This document shows positions 34,216 through 40,000 of a DNA stretch of 40,000 nucleotides, piece by piece. A program made the translations under genes and the position numbers. Source of the stretch: a virus. Taxonomy: Duplodnaviria; Caudoviricetes. How positions within the stretch are numbered: position 1 is the stretch's first letter; each line of letters starts with the position of its first letter. A model generated the notes under the pieces. It saw only the letters and a list, made by a program, of their open reading frames with translations, did no database searches and was not told where the DNA came from. The stretch covers positions 1 through 40,000 of the IMG/VR virus record IMGVR_UViG_3300037962_000730; one strand, 5' to 3'.

Positions 34216-34416
34216 ATGAAATTTAACTGCCCTAACTGCGGTTATGAAATAGACATGCATGACCATGCAGATGTTTTTTACGACGAAGATGAGTTGCTTG
34301 TTAATTGCGATCAATGCAAATCGGACTTAATAGCTGTACCTAGTGTTGATATTAAGTTTACCGCTTACGTCGAAACCCGAGTGCCTTACAAGCCAAATAG
34401 CGAGGTACAGCCATGA
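34216..34416 (+). CDS. Zn-ribbon protein
   Basis: CPNC...CDQC. Confidence 0.65.
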   Translation: MKFNCPNCGYEIDMHDHADVFYDEDELLVNCDQCKSDLIAVPSVDIKFTAYVETRVPYKPNSEVQP

Positions 34417-34667
34417 AGCAAATCATCTTTATCGCAGTTTGGGCTGGTCTTGGTGCGTTTGTTACGCATCAGGCACTAGCCGAAACAGTCATCGTTGACG
34501 ACAAAGCCTATCAGTTGGTCGAGATAGACGGTGAGCTACTTGTAAGCAACGAGTGGCAACCGACGACTGAGCAAGGCTATACGGACGAATACTTGCAGTC
34601 TGAGCAGTATAAAACGGTTAAGGCTGCGAATGAGTCGTTAAAACGAATTAAGGAAGGTGAGTTATGA
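34413..34667 (+). CDS. Hypothetical exported/membrane protein
   Basis: Signal-peptide-like N-terminus ending ALA. Confidence 0.6.
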   Translation: MKQIIFIAVWAGLGAFVTHQALAETVIVDDKAYQLVEIDGELLVSNEWQPTTEQGYTDEYLQSEQYKTVKAANESLKRIKEGEL

Positions 34668-35305
34668 AAGTTACTAAAAGAGAGTTATTAAGACGAATTG
34701 AAGCGTTGGAAGAATGGCGAGATTATGCAGATGAAATGCTGACCGAGCTTAATCACGCGCTACCTGACCCTGAGCACGATGCTAAATGTGCAGAAAATGC
34801 GGTCGCTGTGGAGGAGTCGTTAGAGAGACACGCTGTACGACTTGGGTTAAAAAAACCAAAACTAAAGCAGTTAGATCAGAGTGTGTTTGATGGTCAACCC
34901 AAAGAATGGCGGTTTTTAGCAGTTGATTTTGATGGCGAGACTAATTTTTTCGAGAGCACACCCAAGGTTTCAAACATAGATGGCCGCTGGTACAACCAAG
35001 TAGGTGCTATGAAGCTATGCAGCTTGAAATTCGACACAACCAACTGGCAAAACTCGCTAATCGAGCGTGACAAGGTAGAGCTGACAGGTAGTGATTTATG
35101 CCGGTATCTAAAAAGTAGAAAGCATTGGGTGTTAGCTGTAGTTAGCGACGAAAACGATGCTACTGCCGAGTTTCATCAGAGAGCGGTTGTTGTGACGGGT
35201 ATTGCAAGCGACGGTGACTTTGTGTGTGGCGATACGGTTTGGCGGTACGCCGTACCTATCGACCATAAAGGCGAACCGCTGACCGCCGCTGATGTGGGTT
35301 TATAG
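34664..35305 (+). CDS. Hypothetical modular phage protein
   Basis: ATGA-coupled ORF, 213 aa. Confidence 0.7.
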   Translation: MKVTKRELLRRIEALEEWRDYADEMLTELNHALPDPEHDAKCAENAVAVEESLERHAVRLGLKKPKLKQLDQSVFDGQPKEWRFLAVDFDGETNFFESTPKVSNIDGRWYNQVGAMKLCSLKFDTTNWQNSLIERDKVELTGSDLCRYLKSRKHWVLAVVSDENDATAEFHQRAVVVTGIASDGDFVCGDTVWRYAVPIDHKGEPLTAADVGL

Positions 35306-35314
35306 GAGGCTGAC

Positions 35315-35539
35315 ATGGCAAAGCACTCAGTACCGCTGTCAAAAAGACAGCGAGACTTTGACCAACTGACAGCCTTTAGTCTTGATATTAAATCTTTCAA
35401 TGATCTGTATCACATAAGACTGACAGCGCCAACCGGTCACACAATCAACTACTACCCCACCAGTGAGAAATGGCAACGCATGGGCAGATGGTACAAAGGG
35501 TTTGGTGAGTTAATCGATTATTTAAATGAGATTTCATAA
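35315..35539 (+). CDS. Hypothetical protein
   Basis: AGGAGG SD. Confidence 0.65.
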   Translation: MAKHSVPLSKRQRDFDQLTAFSLDIKSFNDLYHIRLTAPTGHTINYYPTSEKWQRMGRWYKGFGELIDYLNEIS

Positions 35540-35550
35540 GGAATAAGACT

Positions 35551-36411
35551 ATGAGTAACGCAATAGCAATTAAAGCATATATGAACGGTCAAGGCGTGCA
35601 GCGCAAGTTAGAAGAATTGCTTGGGGAGCGAAAAGACGTATTTTTAACAAGCGCCTTACAGGTAGTCAATAGCAACAAGGCACTGCAAAACGCATCACCT
35701 GAAAGTATTTTTGGCGCAGTAGTTACGGCTGCCACTCTTAACCTACCGATCAATGACAATTTAGGTTTTGCTTACATCGTACCGTTTAAAGGCCAAGCGA
35801 GCTTTCAGATGGGCTATAAGGGCTTTGTTCAGCTTGCACAGCGTAGCGGTCAGTTTAAGCGCATCAGTGCTTGCAAAACGTATTCAGGTGACACCGAGCA
35901 ATCAGTCTATGAGCGCCTAACTGCATTTTTACCCAAAGAGCCAAAAGGTGAGGTCACAGGTTATATCGCCTACTTCCAACTGCTGAATGGCTTTGAGGCT
36001 CATTTAGCTATGACCAATAAAGAAATGGCTTCCCATGCTGGACAGTACAGCCAATCATTCAAAAAAGGCTATGGCGTTTGGAAGGATAACTTTGAGGCTA
36101 TGGCTCAGAAAACGGTGCTAAAACTGCTGCTAAGTAAGCAAGCGCCATTGTCAATCGTACCAACATTGGCTGAGGCCGTACAAGCTGACCAAGCAATCAT
36201 TCGTGATGTTAATGGTCAACAGTCTTATGAGTATGCAGACAATCAGCCACAGCAAGCGGCGATTGAAATGGATATATCAGACGACCCTAATATTTTTGCA
36301 ACGGTCAAAACATCAATTGAAAACGGCAATCTTGATAAGCGATCAGTGCTAGATGGTAGTGCAGGTTATACCATCAGCAATGAGCAGAGACAGGAGTTAC
36401 TAGCCTCATGA
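35551..36411 (+). CDS. recT: RecT/Redbeta-family single-strand annealing protein
   Basis: LGFAYIVPF, FQMGYKGFVQLAQRSGQ and W..NFEAMAQKTVLK. Confidence 0.92.
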   Translation: MSNAIAIKAYMNGQGVQRKLEELLGERKDVFLTSALQVVNSNKALQNASPESIFGAVVTAATLNLPINDNLGFAYIVPFKGQASFQMGYKGFVQLAQRSGQFKRISACKTYSGDTEQSVYERLTAFLPKEPKGEVTGYIAYFQLLNGFEAHLAMTNKEMASHAGQYSQSFKKGYGVWKDNFEAMAQKTVLKLLLSKQAPLSIVPTLAEAVQADQAIIRDVNGQQSYEYADNQPQQAAIEMDISDDPNIFATVKTSIENGNLDKRSVLDGSAGYTISNEQRQELLAS

Positions 36412-37046
36412 CTTTCAAATGCAGAGCAAGCGCGTTAGGTGGATTGATGACGCGCTTACAGAACAAGACCACGCTCGGTAAAACATCAAAAAAAGTGGTG
36501 CTCAATGCTGTTTTGCTCGATGTGTTTGATTATCACCGTGAGATTGACGCAAAGATGATTAACAAAGGCTTGATGCTAGAAGATGATGCAATCAAAGCCG
36601 TTAGTCTGCTAAAAGCGGTCAAGCTGACCAAAAACACTGAGCGCAAAAGTAACGACTGGTTTAGCGGTGAGTGCGACTTACTGACCGACGATAGCATACG
36701 AGACACCAAATGTTCATGGTCAATCGATAGCTTCCCCTGGACACATGACGACGCTGTGCAAAAGGTCAAAGACGGTGGTTACGATTGGCAAGGTCAGGTC
36801 TATATGGAGTTGTGGGGCAAAAAGGTGCATTACGTGGACTTTGTTTTGCTACCTACTCCGCATAGCTTGCTTGGCTATAACGATGACGAGTATGAGCACG
36901 TTGAGCTGGTCAATCGAATACCACTACAAAAACGCATCAGGTCAGTCAAGATTGAGTACGACGAGTCACTAATTGAGCAAGCAAAAGAGCGCGTCGAAAT
37001 GTCGCGTGACTATTACAACGAATTATTTAAACAACTATCGAATTAA
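36408..37046 (+). CDS. Lambda-exonuclease/YqaJ-like nuclease
   Basis: RAS, KG..LE, GECD, DTKCSW and YDWQGQVYM motifs; next to RecT. Confidence 0.8.
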   Translation: MTFKCRASALGGLMTRLQNKTTLGKTSKKVVLNAVLLDVFDYHREIDAKMINKGLMLEDDAIKAVSLLKAVKLTKNTERKSNDWFSGECDLLTDDSIRDTKCSWSIDSFPWTHDDAVQKVKDGGYDWQGQVYMELWGKKVHYVDFVLLPTPHSLLGYNDDEYEHVELVNRIPLQKRIRSVKIEYDESLIEQAKERVEMSRDYYNELFKQLSN

Positions 37047-37057
37047 GAGGCAAGACT

Positions 37058-37597
37058 ATGCGCGGAGTTAATAAAGTAATAATCATCGGTAATTTGGGAG
37101 CTGATCCAGAGGCTCGTCAATTCAACAACGGTGGCAACGTAACCAATATATCGGTTGCCACGTCCGAGCAGTGGACAGATAAGCAGAGTGGTGAGAAAAA
37201 AGAAGCGACGGAATGGCACAGAATTGTTTTGTTTAACCGCCTAGGTGAGATTGCAGCACAGTATTTGCGTAAAGGCTCAAAAGTGTATATCGAAGGCAGC
37301 CTACGCACTCGCAAGTATCAAGACCAAAGCGGTCAAGATAAATATATCACTGAGATACGAGCCGACCAAATGCAGATGCTAGACGGTCAAAACGAAGGTC
37401 AAGCGACTAACAATCAGCAGAACAATAACCGACCTGCTCAGGACAATCAGGGCTATAACAATCAGCAATCAGCTCAGCCACAGCAGGGTTTTAATAATCA
37501 GTCAACTCAGCAGCCGAATAATCAGCAGCCAATGTATAACGCGCGCGGTGAAGAGGTTGATGAAAACGGCAATGTAAAGTCAGACATTCCATTCTAA
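37058..37597 (+). CDS. ssb: Single-stranded DNA-binding protein
   Basis: [24 protein letters not shown] and C-terminal DIPF. Confidence 0.97.
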   Translation: MRGVNKVIIIGNLGADPEARQFNNGGNVTNISVATSEQWTDKQSGEKKEATEWHRIVLFNRLGEIAAQYLRKGSKVYIEGSLRTRKYQDQSGQDKYITEIRADQMQMLDGQNEGQATNNQQNNNRPAQDNQGYNNQQSAQPQQGFNNQSTQQPNNQQPMYNARGEEVDENGNVKSDIPF

Positions 37598-37607
37598 GGA
37601 GTTAATC

Positions 37608-38099
37608 ATGATTAATTGTAAATACTGCAAAACCGATAAGCCTATAGATGATTTTTACCGGTCATCTATTCGCAAGGACGGAAAATCAGGGAATTGCAAA
37701 GAGTGCATACGCGCTAGAGTGAGAGCCAACCGAGCCGCTAACATTGAACACTACCGAGAATTTGACCGCAATAGAGCCAACCTGCCGCATCGCGTGGAAG
37801 CTCGCAAAGATTACGCTAAAACCGAACAGGGTAAAAAGGCAACAGCTAAGGCGAAAGAAGCTCATTACCGACGCTACCCTCATCGCTCAGCAGCTCGTAA
37901 CGCAGTAAACAATGCTGTCCGTGATGGCCGATTGCACAAACCTAGTCAATGTGAGTCATGCAGCAATGAGACAGCCTTACACGGTCATCATTGCGACTAC
38001 AACAAACCGATGGATGTTATGTGGCTTTGTGATCCATGTCACAAGCAATGGCACAGAGAAAACGAGCCTATCTATTACAACGAATTGAAAGCATCGTAA
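37608..38099 (+). CDS. Zn-finger/HNH-like protein
   Basis: CKYC..CKEC and CESC..HGHHCDYNKPMDVMWLCDPCHKQWH. Confidence 0.75.
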   Translation: MINCKYCKTDKPIDDFYRSSIRKDGKSGNCKECIRARVRANRAANIEHYREFDRNRANLPHRVEARKDYAKTEQGKKATAKAKEAHYRRYPHRSAARNAVNNAVRDGRLHKPSQCESCSNETALHGHHCDYNKPMDVMWLCDPCHKQWHRENEPIYYNELKAS

Positions 38100-38100
38100 C

Positions 38101-38262
38101 AGATTACCCAGCCGCAGGGGCTAATGTGCGGATGCGTCAAGGCTAGATGATGATGCAACGAAAGAATCGCTAGCAGCCAAGATTGACAATTCCTTACGTG
38201 CTTAGCATGAGCTTTGAAAAAGCAGTCGAGGCAAGGCCGACTGACCTACGAGACAGGTCATC
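38101..38262 (+). ncRNA. Candidate structured RNA (tandem hairpins)
   Basis: Non-coding gap holding about six stems, e.g. CCGCA/TGCGG, GTCAA/TTGAC, CAGTCG/CGACTG and TGACCT/AGGTCA. Confidence 0.4.
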
Positions 38263-38286
38263 TATTTACTAATGAGGATTGAGACT

Positions 38287-38586
38287 ATGAATAAGAATAT
38301 TGAGAAAAAAGCATTGAGTGTTATTCAAGATTTTAACAAGTCAAGCAAAGGCTTAGAGCGCCAAGCTATCATTATCACTTATACCGACAACGACAACATA
38401 ACCACGTTTAATGATGGTGATGCTAACAGTATATTGCTGACTATGGCTAACAGCTTAGCGCAAACCCTATCAGAGGTTGTGGCGAATTTGAGTGCGGACG
38501 AGCAGCATGTGCTGATAGAGAATGTGTGCAACGAGATTTACAGCATGGCGATTAATAAGCTGGATAAGGAGCAAAACGATGAGTAA
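38287..38586 (+). CDS. Hypothetical protein
   Basis: Start ATG 38287 downstream of GAGGA. Confidence 0.6.
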   Translation: MNKNIEKKALSVIQDFNKSSKGLERQAIIITYTDNDNITTFNDGDANSILLTMANSLAQTLSEVVANLSADEQHVLIENVCNEIYSMAINKLDKEQNDE

Positions 38587-39301
38587 TTTACCGTTGAAGG
38601 CGTTGAGGTGGTTTGATTATAAAGATGGCACTGGGGCAGATACCGTTACAGTAATTTGTGAATACACCATTTACAGGTATGGCGACGAATTAATGAGAGA
38701 TGCGGGAGAAATACAATCTGATGGCGACCATGATAGTTGGGTCGTGGCTTACTATAATCGACATACCGAAGCGCCGACAAAAGAAGCTACCGGCTTTGCA
38801 ACTATCGACGAAGCTAAAGCGTGGGCTTGGAACCACTACAACGAAAAGATGCAGCCGTATGTTAAGCCCGACTCCATCACCGATATTGCAAACTGGTTTA
38901 AAGCTGCGAAGCCTGAGCCGACTGATAGAGATATTTGCACTCAGATCGGTTGTCATTACGAAGAAGTTTACGAGATGGATGTAGCTCTGTATGGCAATGA
39001 GTCGAACGACAATGAAATGATGGCGCAATGGTATAAAGGCGACAGTATTAGCGTTGTTAATGTCATGCAGCGAATGGATAAAATCGAATTACTAGATGCG
39101 CTATGCGACCAAATCGTAACTGCTACTGGCGTGGCTTATATGATGGGCTTTGATATTGAAGGCGCACTCAAAGAAGTCATACGCTCAAACAATAGCAAGA
39201 TGGTTAAGGGTAAGTTTGAGTATGACAAGGACGGTAAGATTGCGAAGCCTGAGAGTTATAGCAAGCCTGATTTGACGCCGTTTGTAAAACAAGGAGAGTG
39301 A
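38579..39301 (+). CDS. MazG-like NTP pyrophosphohydrolase domain with an N-terminal unknown domain
   Basis: EEVYE...ELLDALCD..V...EVIRSNNSK..DGKIAKP..Y..PDL. Confidence 0.8.
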   Translation: MSNLPLKALRWFDYKDGTGADTVTVICEYTIYRYGDELMRDAGEIQSDGDHDSWVVAYYNRHTEAPTKEATGFATIDEAKAWAWNHYNEKMQPYVKPDSITDIANWFKAAKPEPTDRDICTQIGCHYEEVYEMDVALYGNESNDNEMMAQWYKGDSISVVNVMQRMDKIELLDALCDQIVTATGVAYMMGFDIEGALKEVIRSNNSKMVKGKFEYDKDGKIAKPESYSKPDLTPFVKQGE

Positions 39302-39552
39302 TTGTGAGTGACTTATACCCAGCACAGTTTGAAGAAATAACCAGTAAAATATTCAGTACTCGCTACAGAGTATTTTTACGAGACATACCTGAGATTAGCG
39401 GCGGTCAGAATGAATCGTTTATTGATGCTGTAAACACAGCGATTGACGCGCTAGACAAGTATATAGCTAGCGGTCAAAAGCTGCCTGAGCCAAGTGAGCC
39501 AAAGCGTGGCGATATTATGATTGGTATTAATAGCGAGGTGCAAAGTGACTAA
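39298..39552 (+). CDS. HicB-like antitoxin (toxin-binding domain only)
   Basis: YPAQF...YRVFLRDIPE...A...AIDAL..Y...G..LPEPS; no DNA-binding C-terminal domain. Confidence 0.7.
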   Translation: MIVSDLYPAQFEEITSKIFSTRYRVFLRDIPEISGGQNESFIDAVNTAIDALDKYIASGQKLPEPSEPKRGDIMIGINSEVQSD

Positions 39553-39736
39553 CGACCAAATCAAAGAGATAGCACTGGCAAACGGCTTTAAACTCAAAGA
39601 GCAGCCAAGCGGTGAAATGGATTTAAATCCGTATGTTTATGAGTTTGCAAGGGCGTTATTTGCTGAGCGCGACAGAGGAAAAGCGCCGATAAAATCGCTT
39701 GCTTGTCTTGATGGTACAATATTGGAGGGGCGATAG
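39545..39736 (+). CDS. Hypothetical phage protein
   Basis: GTG start after GAGGTG SD. Confidence 0.6.
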   Translation: MTNDQIKEIALANGFKLKEQPSGEMDLNPYVYEFARALFAERDRGKAPIKSLACLDGTILEGR

Positions 39737-40000
39737 ATGAATAATACAGAAAACATATTAATCGAGCGATACCAGTACAATCCGCTGGTATCACTTGAGA
39801 GAGTGGCAGAGGATTATCTGCCAGAGGTAAAATGGGAGACACTAAAGGAGAGGGCGCGTAAGCAGGACTTGCCGTTTCCGGTGGTGATCGGTGGCAGTAA
39901 AAACCGCTCAACCTATCATGTAAGCGTCAAATCACTCGCAAGATGGATTGATAAAGTCAGCGAGGAAGCCGCTAAAGACCACCTGAGTATGCACGCCTAG
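39737..40000 (+). CDS. PrtN-family / excisionase-like DNA-binding protein
   Basis: L..RY...PLVSLERVAEDYL...LPFPVV...LARWID; last pL gene before the expected integrase. Confidence 0.75.
   Translation: MNNTENILIERYQYNPLVSLERVAEDYLPEVKWETLKERARKQDLPFPVVIGGSKNRSTYHVSVKSLARWIDKVSEEAAKDHLSMHA

Larger units (their letters stand above)
1465..40000. mobile_element. P22/Sf6-like temperate prophage integrated in dusA (continues past the window)
   Basis: Complete ordered modules for lysis, tailspike, ejection, head, terminase, Q, nin, replication, immunity, recombination and Xis-like genes. Confidence 0.95.

Noticed and set aside
35315-35539. Possible HicA toxin partner for the HicB-like genes
   Set aside because: Size and a His are vaguely similar, but the GSH motif is absent and it is not adjacent to either gene. 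A structure search is needed to exclude it fully.
38140-38175. Hammerhead ribozyme or tRNA in the structured gap
   Set aside because: GATGATGA...CGAAA lacks the CUGANGA core and flanking stems; no T-loop or cloverleaf.

Overview
Bases 1-~1465 are host chromosome: an MFS transporter, then the first ~16 codons of dusA. Everything from ~1465 to the right edge is an apparently intact temperate prophage inserted into the 5' end of dusA; the integrase and the other att site should lie just beyond 40000. The host is probably a Psychrobacter/Moraxellaceae bacterium (inference from gene style). The phage is a P22/Sf6-like podovirus with lambdoid control. The minus strand carries cro, a CII-position gene, replication O/P-like genes with iterons, a nin-like region, Q, a late promoter with leader and terminator, a DNA methyltransferase, terS/terL, portal, scaffold, coat, gp4/gp10/gp26-like tail genes, ejection proteins (one with a muramidase), tailspike, two holin-like genes and a GH19 endolysin. 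The plus strand carries cI, the pL operon (RecT, exonuclease, SSB, MazG-like, HicB-like) and a PrtN/Xis-like gene. The best candidate for an undescribed system is a pair of morons flanking the tailspike: an AT-rich Wzy-like polysaccharide polymerase, and an unannotated 25-aa membrane peptide with its own promoter, RBS and terminator. Together they suggest a split polymerase-plus-inhibitor surface-conversion system. Also notable are two orphan HicB-like proteins, an operator-controlled two-gene module between Q and its promoter, an oop/sar-like antisense RNA and a structured intergenic RNA candidate. All family assignments come from motif recognition by eye, not from database searches.
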